A stretch of DNA of 44,956 nt from an uncultured bacterium (GCA_965652995.1 CBFGYQ010000001.1:1-44956), one strand, 5' to 3'; positions 17,355-26,262 are shown, numbered from the stretch's first letter. Numbers and translations are program-made. The notes: generated by a model not told the origin, from the letters alone.

Positions 17355-17362
17355 CAAAGGTA
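17355..17362 (-). promoter_or_regulatory. -7 box TACCTTTG (minus strand) placed 4 nt before the Hpt ATG
   Basis: The minus strand reads TACCTTTGatttATG, the same geometry as at gpmI. Confidence 0.4.
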
Positions 17363-17577
17363 GTAAATATATAGAGCTGTTTTAGTTGTTATGAAAATGG
17401 TTATAAATAAAAAAACAAATAGATAGGCTGTTCTTTTCTTTATTATGGATTTTGAGTAGTAGAATTTACATAGTATTACTAACTGGAAAATTAAACCAAT
17501 GATAGTAGCTAAGTGATTTTTTTTCAATTTAGAGATACTTCCAATCAAAACTGACTATTCTACCACTCCGTTATAAT

Positions 17578-17585
17578 TATCTTTG
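17578..17585 (+). promoter_or_regulatory. -7 box TATCTTTG upstream of alaS
   Basis: The sequence is ttaTATCTTTGcaccc, with 22 nt between the box and the ATG at 17608. Confidence 0.5.
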
Positions 17586-17607
17586 CACCCTCAATTTATC
17601 AATACCC

Positions 17608-20316
17608 ATGCTTACCGCAAACGAAATACGCCAACAGTTCCTAGATTTTTTCAAATCGAAACAACATACTATTGTTCCTTCCGCGCCTATCGTGGTGAAG
17701 AACGACCCTACTTTGCTCTTTACCAATGCGGGTATGAACCAGTTCAAAGATTATTTTCTGGGCAACCAGCAAGCACCTTACAAGCGTGCAGCCGACACAC
17801 AAAAATGTCTGCGGGTAAGCGGCAAGCATAATGATCTGGAAGAAGTGGGCGTAGATACCTATCACCATACCATGTTTGAGATGCTGGGCAACTGGAGCTT
17901 TGGAGATTATTTTAAAAAAGAAGCTATCGAATGGAGTTGGGAATTGCTGACGGAAGTGTATAAAATTCCGAAAGACAAATTGTATGTGACGGTTTTTGAA
18001 GGTGATCAAAAAGAGAATTTACCCTTCGACCAAGAAGCTTATGATGAGTGGAAAAAATACATTGCTGAAGACCGCATTTTGAAAGGCAATAAGAAAGATA
18101 ATTTTTGGGAGATGGGTGATACAGGACCCTGCGGACCTTGCAGCGAGATACATGTGGATTGCAGGAGCGAGGAAGAAAGAAAATCGGTTGATGGAAGAAC
18201 TTTAGTGAACAATGACCATCCGCAAGTGATAGAAATTTGGAACAATGTATTCATGGAGTTCAATCGCTTGAAAGATGGAACATTGCAACCCTTACCCGCA
18301 AGGCATGTAGATACAGGTATGGGCTTTGAAAGATTGGTGCGTGTGTTGCAAAACAAACAAAGCAATTACGATACGGATGTCTTCGCACATACTATTCACG
18401 AAACAGAAAAGATCGTCAATAAGAAATATGATTTCAGTGATAGCAAAGAAGCAATAGCTTTCCGCGTCATCGCCGATCATATTCGTGCTATTGGTTTTAC
18501 GATTGCAGATGGACAACTTCCTAGCAATACAGGTGCGGGCTATGTGATACGCCGCATTCTTCGTCGTGCTGCGCGTTATTATTATTCTTATCTTGATTAT
18601 AAACAACCGTTGTTGTCGCAGTTGTTGCTAGTGTTGGCAAAGCAATTTGAAAATGTATTTCCCGAATTGCAACAGCAGATAGATTTAGTAAGTAGAGTGG
18701 TGAAGGAAGAAGAAGAAGCATTTTTGAGAACATTGGATAAGGGCATTAAACGTTTCGAAGAATACTATGGACAACGTGTTACAGAGCTTTCTAACAAAGC
18801 ACCGATTAGTGGTTCTATATTAGGAACTTCTACGGAAGCAGTCATCAATCAGTTGGAGCAAGACAATATTGTGATTGACGGAAAGTTTGCTTTTGAATTG
18901 AATGATACGTATGGCTTCCCGATTGACCTTACACAATTGATGGCACAAGAAGTAAATGCTTCAGTAGATGTGAAAGCCTACGAAGCGGAAATGCAACAAC
19001 AGAAAAACAGAAGTCGCGCGGCTACACAAATAGATGCGGAAGACTGGACACAATTGAAAGAAGATACCGCTGTGAAGTTTGTGGGTTATGATGATTTGCT
19101 TGTAGAAACGGAAGTGATAAAATATAGAAGTGTAAAAGCAAAAGGCAAAGAGCAGTTTCAAATTGTGCTGGCTACAACTCCCTTCTATGCAGAAAGTGGT
19201 GGACAAGTAGGCGATACCGGAACGTTGCAATTTGGTGATGAAAGCATTCAGGTATTAGATACCAAAAAAGAAAACGATCTCATTCTTCATTTAGTAAATA
19301 AACTTCCTTCTAAAGAAAATATCGGCAAACCTGTTACTGCAAAAGTAGATTGGGAGCGTCGCTTGAATACAATGTACAATCACACTGGAACGCATTTGCT
19401 ACATGGAGCTTTACGCGATGTACTGGGCACGCACGTTGCTCAAAAAGGTTCGTTAGTATCACCTGATACCTTGCGTTTTGATATTTCTCACTTCTCGAAG
19501 GTGAGTGATGAGGAAATCAGAAAAGTGGAGCAAATTGTGAATGATAAGATACGCGAAAACATTGCGGTAAACATCAAAGAAATGCCGAAAGAAGAAGCGA
19601 TGCAATCGGGAGCGATGGCATTGTTTGGAGAAAAATATGGTGATAAAGTTCGTGTGGTAACTATCGATCCGAAGTTTTCTATTGAGCTTTGCGGTGGTAC
19701 GCATGTGTCGCATACCGGTATGATAGGAATGTTGGTAGTGACTTCAGAAGCTGCCGTGGCTGCGGGTGTGCGCCGTATAGAAGCGTTGACGGGTCCTTCA
19801 GCATTCAAATATCTTTCTGATAAACTAACGCAACACAAACACCTCAATGAGTTGCTGAAAACAAAAAATCCGATACAAGCCATTGAGAAATTGATCAACG
19901 ATAAACAAGATTTGGAAAAGCGCATTGCTCAAATGGAAGCGAAAGAAGTAGCGATGATGGCAACGGCTTTAGCAGAGCAAAAAGAAATGATTGGTGACGT
20001 AGCGTTTATTGGTCAACAAGTGGAAGTGTCGAATAATGATGCATTGAAACAATTGGCTAATCAGCTAAAAGCTAAATTGGATAACGCATTCATTATACTC
20101 GCAGCAAGCATCAATGAAAAACCTTTTGTAGTAGTTTGTATGGAGGAGAAAGTGGCAGAAGCTAAAAACCTAGATGCAGGAAAGATCATCAAAGAACATA
20201 TCGCTCCCATCATCAAAGGCGGCGGTGGCGGACAAAAAACATTAGCAACAGCAGGCGGGCAAGATGTGAGCGGCTTGAAGGAAGTGATTGAAAAAGTGAA
20301 AAGCTTGCTAGTGTAA
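17608..20316 (+). CDS. alaS: Alanine--tRNA ligase
   Basis: 902 aa. FTNAGMNQFK, RVSGKHNDLEEVG, HHTMFEMLGNWSFGDYFK, NDTYGFPIDLT, editing-domain HTGTHLLH and CGGTHV, C-terminal DHHA1-like GGGGGQ. Confidence 0.97.
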   Translation: MLTANEIRQQFLDFFKSKQHTIVPSAPIVVKNDPTLLFTNAGMNQFKDYFLGNQQAPYKRAADTQKCLRVSGKHNDLEEVGVDTYHHTMFEMLGNWSFGDYFKKEAIEWSWELLTEVYKIPKDKLYVTVFEGDQKENLPFDQEAYDEWKKYIAEDRILKGNKKDNFWEMGDTGPCGPCSEIHVDCRSEEERKSVDGRTLVNNDHPQVIEIWNNVFMEFNRLKDGTLQPLPARHVDTGMGFERLVRVLQNKQSNYDTDVFAHTIHETEKIVNKKYDFSDSKEAIAFRVIADHIRAIGFTIADGQLPSNTGAGYVIRRILRRAARYYYSYLDYKQPLLSQLLLVLAKQFENVFPELQQQIDLVSRVVKEEEEAFLRTLDKGIKRFEEYYGQRVTELSNKAPISGSILGTSTEAVINQLEQDNIVIDGKFAFELNDTYGFPIDLTQLMAQEVNASVDVKAYEAEMQQQKNRSRAATQIDAEDWTQLKEDTAVKFVGYDDLLVETEVIKYRSVKAKGKEQFQIVLATTPFYAESGGQVGDTGTLQFGDESIQVLDTKKENDLILHLVNKLPSKENIGKPVTAKVDWERRLNTMYNHTGTHLLHGALRDVLGTHVAQKGSLVSPDTLRFDISHFSKVSDEEIRKVEQIVNDKIRENIAVNIKEMPKEEAMQSGAMALFGEKYGDKVRVVTIDPKFSIELCGGTHVSHTGMIGMLVVTSEAAVAAGVRRIEALTGPSAFKYLSDKLTQHKHLNELLKTKNPIQAIEKLINDKQDLEKRIAQMEAKEVAMMATALAEQKEMIGDVAFIGQQVEVSNNDALKQLANQLKAKLDNAFIILAASINEKPFVVVCMEEKVAEAKNLDAGKIIKEHIAPIIKGGGGGQKTLATAGGQDVSGLKEVIEKVKSLLV

Positions 20317-20331
20317 TATACTAGCAAGCTT
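20301..20331. terminator. Bidirectional hairpin between convergent alaS and ychF
   Basis: Perfect 12-bp inverted repeat aagcttgctagt / actagcaagctt with the 7-nt loop gtaatat. The alaS stop codon (20314-20316) lies in the loop. Confidence 0.6.
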
Positions 20332-20361
20332 TCAACGTAATATTTGTACTGGTATAGGTAT

Positions 20362-21459
20362 CTATACATTAAATCTGAAATGCAACACGTCTCCATCGCT
20401 TACTACATACTCTTTCCCCTCTATTCGTAGTTTTCCATTCTCGCGACAAGCAGTTTCGCTTTTGAATTGCACATAGTCATTATAAGAAATTGTTTCTGCT
20501 TTGATAAAACCTTTTTCAAAATCGGTATGAATGACACTTGCTGCTTGAGGAGCTTTCCAGCCTTTGAGGATCGTCCACGCACGGACTTCCTGCACTCCTG
20601 CGGTAAAGTAAGTAATAAGATTTAATAGTTTGTAAGCCGCACGTATTAGGCGATTCAGTCCCGGCTCTGTCAATCCATATTCTTCTAAAAATAACGCTTT
20701 ATCATCCTCGCTTTCCATCTCAGAGATCTGTGCTTCAATATTGTTATTCATTACGATTACTTCAGCCCCTTCTTCTTGTGCAACTTTAGTAAGTGCTTCA
20801 GAATATTTGTTGCCTGTATGAATACCAGCTTCATCTACATTAGCTACATAAAGAACCGGTTTTTCAGTAAGTAAAAACAAATCTGCAACCGCTTCCTGAT
20901 CTTCACCTTCCAGTTGCAAACCACGAATATTTTTTCCTTGCGACAAATGCTCTTTACAACGCATCAATACATCGTAAACAGCTTTGGCTTTCGGGTCGTT
21001 CTTAGCGATTTTTTCGTACTTGGCTATCTTCTTTTCTACACTGTCCAAATCTTTAAGCTGTAGTTCCGTATCAATGATTTCTTTGTCTGCAATGGGGTTG
21101 ATAGCACCTTCGTCACGCAAAATATTTTCATCTTCAAAGCAACGGATCACATGTACTATCGCATCTACTTCACGTATATTCCCTAAAAATTTATTTCCCA
21201 ATCCTTCCCCTTTGCTTGCCCCTTTTACTAAGCCGGCAATGTCCACAAACTCAATGGTGGTAGGCACTACACGATTGGGCTGTACCAGTTCTGCCAGTTT
21301 ATCTAAACGCTCATCGGGGACATCTACCTGACCTACGTTAGGGTCTATGGTGCAGAAACGATAGTTGCTAGCCTGTGCTTTTGCGCTATTGCTTACAGCA
21401 TTGAAAAGAGTTGATTTTCCTACGTTGGGGAGACCTACGATACCTACTTGTAAAGCCAC
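20362..21459 (-). CDS. ychF: Redox-regulated / ribosome-binding ATPase YchF
   Basis: 365 aa. VGIVGLPNVGKSTLFNA P-loop, DIAGLVKGASKGEGLGNKFL, TGS-type C-terminal domain ...GKEYVVSDGDVLHFRFNV. Uses a GTG start (cac at 21457-21459). Confidence 0.95.
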   Translation of the reverse strand: MALQVGIVGLPNVGKSTLFNAVSNSAKAQASNYRFCTIDPNVGQVDVPDERLDKLAELVQPNRVVPTTIEFVDIAGLVKGASKGEGLGNKFLGNIREVDAIVHVIRCFEDENILRDEGAINPIADKEIIDTELQLKDLDSVEKKIAKYEKIAKNDPKAKAVYDVLMRCKEHLSQGKNIRGLQLEGEDQEAVADLFLLTEKPVLYVANVDEAGIHTGNKYSEALTKVAQEEGAEVIVMNNNIEAQISEMESEDDKALFLEEYGLTEPGLNRLIRAAYKLLNLITYFTAGVQEVRAWTILKGWKAPQAASVIHTDFEKGFIKAETISYNDYVQFKSETACRENGKLRIEGKEYVVSDGDVLHFRFNV

Positions 21460-21480
21460 AGTTTTCTAAATTTTTGGGTG

Positions 21481-21488
21481 CAAAGGTA
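21481..21488 (-). promoter_or_regulatory. -7 box TACCTTTG (minus strand) upstream of ychF
   Basis: The minus strand reads ttaCCTTTGcaccc, with 21 nt between the box and the GTG start. Near-identical context to the alaS and atpG boxes. Confidence 0.5.
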
Positions 21489-21537
21489 AGGGATGAGAAG
21501 GGTAATATTTTCGATATCGCTAAAACCTAGTAGAATG

Positions 21538-24500
21538 CTATCTTTTTGCAATTCTTCTTCTAGCAAGAAAAAATCCACCAATTATTACCAATCCTCCAGC
21601 AAGCCAATAGATATATTTCGAAGAAGAAGATTCTAATTTTACGGGAGAAAGGTCACCCATAATAACCAAACCTGCCCAGTATTGTGGTGCTACCGTTCTC
21701 CCTTTTGCCGACGCGAGGTAAGACAGTTTTGCTTTTTGCAAGGCTTCATCTTTTGTCATGCCATCTTCCAAATTTTCGTAGAATGCTTCAGTGATGATGG
21801 CACTTGATTGCTCGTCCAATTTCCACAATCCGGTCATGATACTTTCGCTGCCGGCATAGTTGAATGCATGCGCCATGGAGATCATTCCTTCTCCATCTTG
21901 GTAACCGGGCTTGCCACTTTCGCATGCAGTAAGTACAGCCAGATCAGCCGTTAGGTTGCAGTCGTAAATATCATAGAGATAGACAGAGTTTTCTGCATTC
22001 GGCTTCTCATGATTTTTAGCAAATATCAATCTGGAATACTCAGGATAATCATTATTGCTTTCAGCATGTGTGCCAATATGAATGATGTGATGATTGCCAG
22101 CCTGATCACGGAAGGCTTTGGAAGTGGATGTGTTTTTACTGAATAAAATTCCACCGAATTTACTCCTGATCTTTTCCGCAAGGTTTGAGGTGAAAGGCAA
22201 TGGCAGCAATGACATATAGGTATTGTCCAACTTCAAACTGTCTTTTTTAGCAACAGCTAAATATTGTCTTTTATCCTCATCAGAAAAACCAGGTGTAAAG
22301 GCAATAAAATTGTCTTTTATCTCTGTTGGTTTCCGTTGCATATTCATAGCCAAAACACTATAGTGATAGGAGAATGCATACTTGTTCAATAAACATTTTT
22401 GAGACAATTCTGTAAACGACTGTGTAGCTACAGGACTCAGCATTTCAAAACTTACATTATACAACACTTCGTCAGGAATGACAGTTACACGTTTTGTTTT
22501 TATGTGTTGCTGTATCGGTTGCCAAAGAGAGTTGTAAAGGTCATGCGATAATGCGCAGATTTTTTTGGCATCGGTTATATCATGAAGTGCTGTGATTTTT
22601 TCTTTTAGATTTTTGTTGCCAAGCGGTACAAGCAACTGTTTTTCTTTTGAGGCAATCAATACTAGCAATTCATCTTCTGAAAATATATAACGTATGAGTG
22701 TAAGATTCTTTGGAATAATTGTGCTTAATTCTTTTAGAGAGACGTCCGTAGATGCATACCGCATTTTATAATACTCGGGATATTCTCGTTGCAGTTTTTT
22801 TTGAAAATTGTCCCAGTCTTTCACTGCTTGCAAATAGTCCATCACTTTATCGTCTGCAGTTGCTTCTCCCTTTAGTATGTTCTGTAGTTTTTGTTTTAAG
22901 GCAGTTTCCTGCTCCTGCACATGCTTAGGTACTTTAGAAAAACGTATGGCATTTTGGTGTTCCATGCGAGATCGGACTCTGGTGTAGAGTGCACTTTCAT
23001 GTACGTTCAGGATGTTGTTAATGTATTCTTTGTTATCAGAAAGCTTAAATAATTCGTAGTTTAGTTTTTTGATGAAGTCGGTGAGTTCTTTATTGTCAGC
23101 TATTAAGGAGTTTATATCATCTTGTTGTGAAAAGATGTGTTTCCGTTGCTCTAATAGCCGAGCGGCATCGTTAAGTTCGTGCAGTAATTGTTCAATAGAG
23201 GTAGAATCTTTTTTTGAAAGCATGTAATATTTCGCTTTGGTTCTAGCAAGAATAGCCTTGGGTTTCTTAATTTCTATACTTATAGAATCTAACATAGATT
23301 CTCCGGTTGCAACCATCTTAGTTATCGCTGCTAAAGAGCGATTACTATACATGAGTGCTTTATCATAGTTTTTGAGTGTCAAGTAGATATTTGCCATGTC
23401 AACCATCTGATATATTGTTATCAAGGATGCTTCACCTTGATTTTTAAGTGCATACTTTACACTTCTTTCTGAGGTTGTAATGGCTTTCTCCGTTTGTTTA
23501 TTATTTGCATAGAAATAAGAAGCTTTCGACAGAAATCTTAAGTATTCTAAACTGTATTCTTCCCCATTAATTACTTGATATAGTTTATCTGCTCGTTCGT
23601 ATTTTATACTCGCTTCATTTACTCTCTGTCGTTCTTCATTTAAGTAGGCTAAACAAGCTACGCTTTGTGCCAACCAGACACTTGGTTCTTTTTTTTCCCA
23701 AAAAGCAATTGATTTGTTTAAGCTTTTCTCGGCTTTGTCATAGTTTCGTTGATCGAAATAGACGGTTGCAAGCATTGCAAGAGACTTGTATGCTTCAGGG
23801 TTGTTGTCTCCAAATGCTCGAAGCCGACCATTGTAAGAATATTCCATTAATTCTTGAGCATGCGAATAGTTGCCTAGTTCCTGATAGCAATTACCAAGAT
23901 TTAAAATAACCATATAGTACCCTTTTGTCCCTTTTTCTTTTTCGTTCTCATTTTCTGCATACTTGCTGTAGTGTTTATAATTAGCGATAGCCTGTTCTGC
24001 TTTCTGAATGGATAAATCAACTTTGCCGAGCTCCCAATAAACATTACTAAGATTCCCCTGTATCATAGCTCTTCGTAAATACTTGTTAGCAGGGGTTTGT
24101 TTTGCCTTGGTTAAAGTTTTTTCTGCTTCCTTCATGTAGTATAAGGTACTGTCAACCTTTGATGCATTCCACATTACAATGCCCATAGTATTGTACACTG
24201 TATACAACTCAATAACATCGTCCGAACGAAATTGTCGTATAGCTTCTCTGAAATGCTTAGATGAAAGATTTTTATTGCCTATCCTCATCGCAAAAGTCCC
24301 AAGGCTATTATGCATTGTCGAAAGACGCTTTGATATAATGTCTTCCTTGCCTTTAAAATACTGTAACAACTCGATTACCAAATCATAGGCGAGATCATCT
24401 TCCCCTTTTTTACTAAAAAAATCTGCCGCATCTAAATAAATTACGGGCAAGTCTTTTGAATATGGGAACTGTGATTTTGTTTTTTCAAGTGTAGCCAGCA

Positions 24501-24753
24501 CTTCTTTTTTTGCCGTTTGAAAGCCATTTAATGCATCGCTAGTAGTGCCAAGGTATTCGATGTAATAAGCTAGAGTATCAGGGCTGCCATTTTTTAGAAG
24601 GGTTGTAATTCTTTGATTCGTTAATTTATATGCTGATTTGTAATCTTCTTTAGTCAGCAAATCTTCCAACTCACTGATCGTATTTATAATTTGTTGAGCC
24701 CTTAGGTTTACAGTAGAACAAAGAAGAAAAAAAAATAGGGTCAGTAGTTTCAT
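21538..24753 (-). CDS. Exported TPR-repeat + CHAT (caspase-family) protease-domain protein with C-terminal membrane anchor
   Basis: 1071 aa. Signal peptide MKLLTLFFFLLCSTVNLRAQQ. About 500 aa of TPR-like repeats (e.g. LGNCYQELGNYSHAQELMEYS). CHAT core HIIHIGTHAE (His codon 22066-22068) ... ADLAVLTACESG (Cys codon 21922-21924). C-terminal TM YIYWLAGGLVIIGGFFLA followed by RRRIAKR. Confidence 0.85.
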   Translation of the reverse strand: MKLLTLFFFLLCSTVNLRAQQIINTISELEDLLTKEDYKSAYKLTNQRITTLLKNGSPDTLAYYIEYLGTTSDALNGFQTAKKEVLATLEKTKSQFPYSKDLPVIYLDAADFFSKKGEDDLAYDLVIELLQYFKGKEDIISKRLSTMHNSLGTFAMRIGNKNLSSKHFREAIRQFRSDDVIELYTVYNTMGIVMWNASKVDSTLYYMKEAEKTLTKAKQTPANKYLRRAMIQGNLSNVYWELGKVDLSIQKAEQAIANYKHYSKYAENENEKEKGTKGYYMVILNLGNCYQELGNYSHAQELMEYSYNGRLRAFGDNNPEAYKSLAMLATVYFDQRNYDKAEKSLNKSIAFWEKKEPSVWLAQSVACLAYLNEERQRVNEASIKYERADKLYQVINGEEYSLEYLRFLSKASYFYANNKQTEKAITTSERSVKYALKNQGEASLITIYQMVDMANIYLTLKNYDKALMYSNRSLAAITKMVATGESMLDSISIEIKKPKAILARTKAKYYMLSKKDSTSIEQLLHELNDAARLLEQRKHIFSQQDDINSLIADNKELTDFIKKLNYELFKLSDNKEYINNILNVHESALYTRVRSRMEHQNAIRFSKVPKHVQEQETALKQKLQNILKGEATADDKVMDYLQAVKDWDNFQKKLQREYPEYYKMRYASTDVSLKELSTIIPKNLTLIRYIFSEDELLVLIASKEKQLLVPLGNKNLKEKITALHDITDAKKICALSHDLYNSLWQPIQQHIKTKRVTVIPDEVLYNVSFEMLSPVATQSFTELSQKCLLNKYAFSYHYSVLAMNMQRKPTEIKDNFIAFTPGFSDEDKRQYLAVAKKDSLKLDNTYMSLLPLPFTSNLAEKIRSKFGGILFSKNTSTSKAFRDQAGNHHIIHIGTHAESNNDYPEYSRLIFAKNHEKPNAENSVYLYDIYDCNLTADLAVLTACESGKPGYQDGEGMISMAHAFNYAGSESIMTGLWKLDEQSSAIITEAFYENLEDGMTKDEALQKAKLSYLASAKGRTVAPQYWAGLVIMGDLSPVKLESSSSKYIYWLAGGLVIIGGFFLARRRIAKR

Positions 24754-25496
24754 TATTCTTTCAATTTACGAAGCAATGCTTCTTTATCGGGGTGCTCCGT
24801 TTTTTGTAATAAATTGATGGCTTCTTGTTTATTTCCTTTATTTAATAATATTAACGCTTTGTACCATTGCGCATCTTGAAGAAAGACGGAGTTGGTGCTG
24901 CCTATTACTTTGTCAAAAAAAGCAAGAGATGATTCAGGATTGTTATCTGCTAGATGGGCGGATGCAATGAAGTAATTTAATGTGTCGTTATTTGCATTGT
25001 CTTTCAACAGTCCTTCCCAAGTTTTAAGTGCCTTGTCATAGTCGCCCATTTTATAATCTACCATCGCCTTGTCAAATTCATAGTTGTCAGAAACGCCCAT
25101 TAAGGTTGGCAATCCGGGATCTGCTTGGTAATAGTTTGCGAACAGTTGCTCATTAACTGTTTTTTTAAAAAATAGTAGCCAACTCAATGTACCCACAACA
25201 AGTATTGTAGATGCGGCTACTGCTAGCCTTTTCCCCCAATTTATTTCAATGCTTTTCTGTGTTTTGCCATTCGCTTCTACATTTAGTGATGAATGAAAGT
25301 TATTCAACTTTGCACTAAGTGTTGATTCTTGAATACCAATAGACATGAAACGTATTTGATCAACTTTATCACGCCAAGTCTCATCATCAGCTAACTTTTT
25401 TTCAAAAGCTGCCAACTCGCTTTCGGGGAGCTGTTTGTTCAGGTATTTGTCTATCAGTTCCAATTCTTCTTGGGTTATATTAAAATCGTTGTTCAC
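24753..25496 (-). CDS. Single-pass membrane protein with periplasmic TPR domain; anti-sigma-factor-like by position and topology
   Basis: 247 aa. A ~90-aa N-terminal helical region (MNNDFNITQEELELIDKYLNKQLPESELAAFEKKLADD...), TM LAVAASTILVVGTLSWLLFF, then TPR-like units (YDKALKTWEGLL..., AQWYKALILLNKGNKQEAINLL). Starts 18 nt after the sigma gene stop. Its TAA shares one base with the CHAT gene ATG (TAATG). Confidence 0.6.
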   Translation of the reverse strand: MNNDFNITQEELELIDKYLNKQLPESELAAFEKKLADDETWRDKVDQIRFMSIGIQESTLSAKLNNFHSSLNVEANGKTQKSIEINWGKRLAVAASTILVVGTLSWLLFFKKTVNEQLFANYYQADPGLPTLMGVSDNYEFDKAMVDYKMGDYDKALKTWEGLLKDNANNDTLNYFIASAHLADNNPESSLAFFDKVIGSTNSVFLQDAQWYKALILLNKGNKQEAINLLQKTEHPDKEALLRKLKE

Positions 25497-25514
25497 CTTT
25501 TTATCGTTGGATTT

Positions 25515-26066
25515 TTATTTAGTCATCATGGCACGTAAACGTTCCATGCATCTGTATTTATTATTCTTGGCTGTTGCTTCAGTCCAGTTTAGCGCATCGG
25601 CAATTTCTTTTAGCGATTGCTTTTTGTAGTAGAATCTTGTCAGCAATTCGCGACAGTTTTCGCCTAGATCACTAAACTTTTCTTTTATCAATTTCAGTCT
25701 TTCTACATCATTATCGTTCAGCTCTTCAAAAGTCATCGCTTGCTGATGCTTTTCTTCTAATGTTGTAGTTTTTTTAACAATTGTTGAACGTAAATGGTCC
25801 ATCCATTTGTTTTTTGCAATCTGAAAAAGATAGGCATTTAAGGCTCCATTGCCGGTAGGGGTGAATTTGTCAAGCTGTATATTTCTCCAAAGTGCTATAA
25901 AAGCTTCCTGATAAATATCTTTTGCTTCGTCTATAGTGCCACTATTTTGTAATATGAACTTTTCTACTTGTGGGTAATTGGCTTTATACAATTGCTGCAA
26001 CGCCCGTTCATCGTTCGCCTTTATAGCTTCAATCTGTTGATAAGGAGTAAAAGCTTCGGTTGCCAT
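25515..26066 (-). CDS. ECF-type RNA polymerase sigma-70 family factor
   Basis: 183 aa. Region 2 (...EAKDIYQEAFIALWRNI...YLFQIAKNKWMD) and region 4 HTH (CRELLTRFYYKKQSLKEIADALNWTEATAKNNKYRCMERLRAMM). Confidence 0.85.
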   Translation of the reverse strand: MATEAFTPYQQIEAIKANDERALQQLYKANYPQVEKFILQNSGTIDEAKDIYQEAFIALWRNIQLDKFTPTGNGALNAYLFQIAKNKWMDHLRSTIVKKTTTLEEKHQQAMTFEELNDNDVERLKLIKEKFSDLGENCRELLTRFYYKKQSLKEIADALNWTEATAKNNKYRCMERLRAMMTK

Positions 26067-26218
26067 AGGTCATTTTAACAAGGTCAAAAGATACATATTT
26101 TATTTTTGTGAAGCCCTTTTCGTTAACTCAACAACTTTTTATTTACAAATCCAATTTGAGCGGTTATGACCGTGAGAGATAAGTTTCATTTAAGCCCAAA
26201 ATCTTTGTATTTTATCAT

Positions 26219-26226
26219 TACCTTTG
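26219..26226 (+). promoter_or_regulatory. -7 box TACCTTTG upstream of atpG
   Basis: The sequence is cattaCCTTTGcgcagc, with 36 nt between the box and the ATG at 26263. A second match, TATTTTTG, lies at 26101-26108. Confidence 0.45.
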
Positions 26227-26262
26227 CGCAGCTTTTCTATAAAAGCGAAATAATCATCATAT

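Noticed and set aside
17354-17548. 64-aa hydrophobic minus-strand ORF (TTG start) just upstream of Hpt
   Set aside because: It sits in a very AT-rich region where open frames arise easily, and it uses a non-ATG start. The candidate Hpt -7 box lies inside it. A small membrane protein is not excluded, but it is unsupported.
20061-20396. 111-aa minus-strand ORF spanning the alaS 3' end and the ychF 3' end
   Set aside because: It overlaps two strongly supported genes and the terminator hairpin. Its poly-Pro stretch is the antisense of the alaS GGGGGQ codons.
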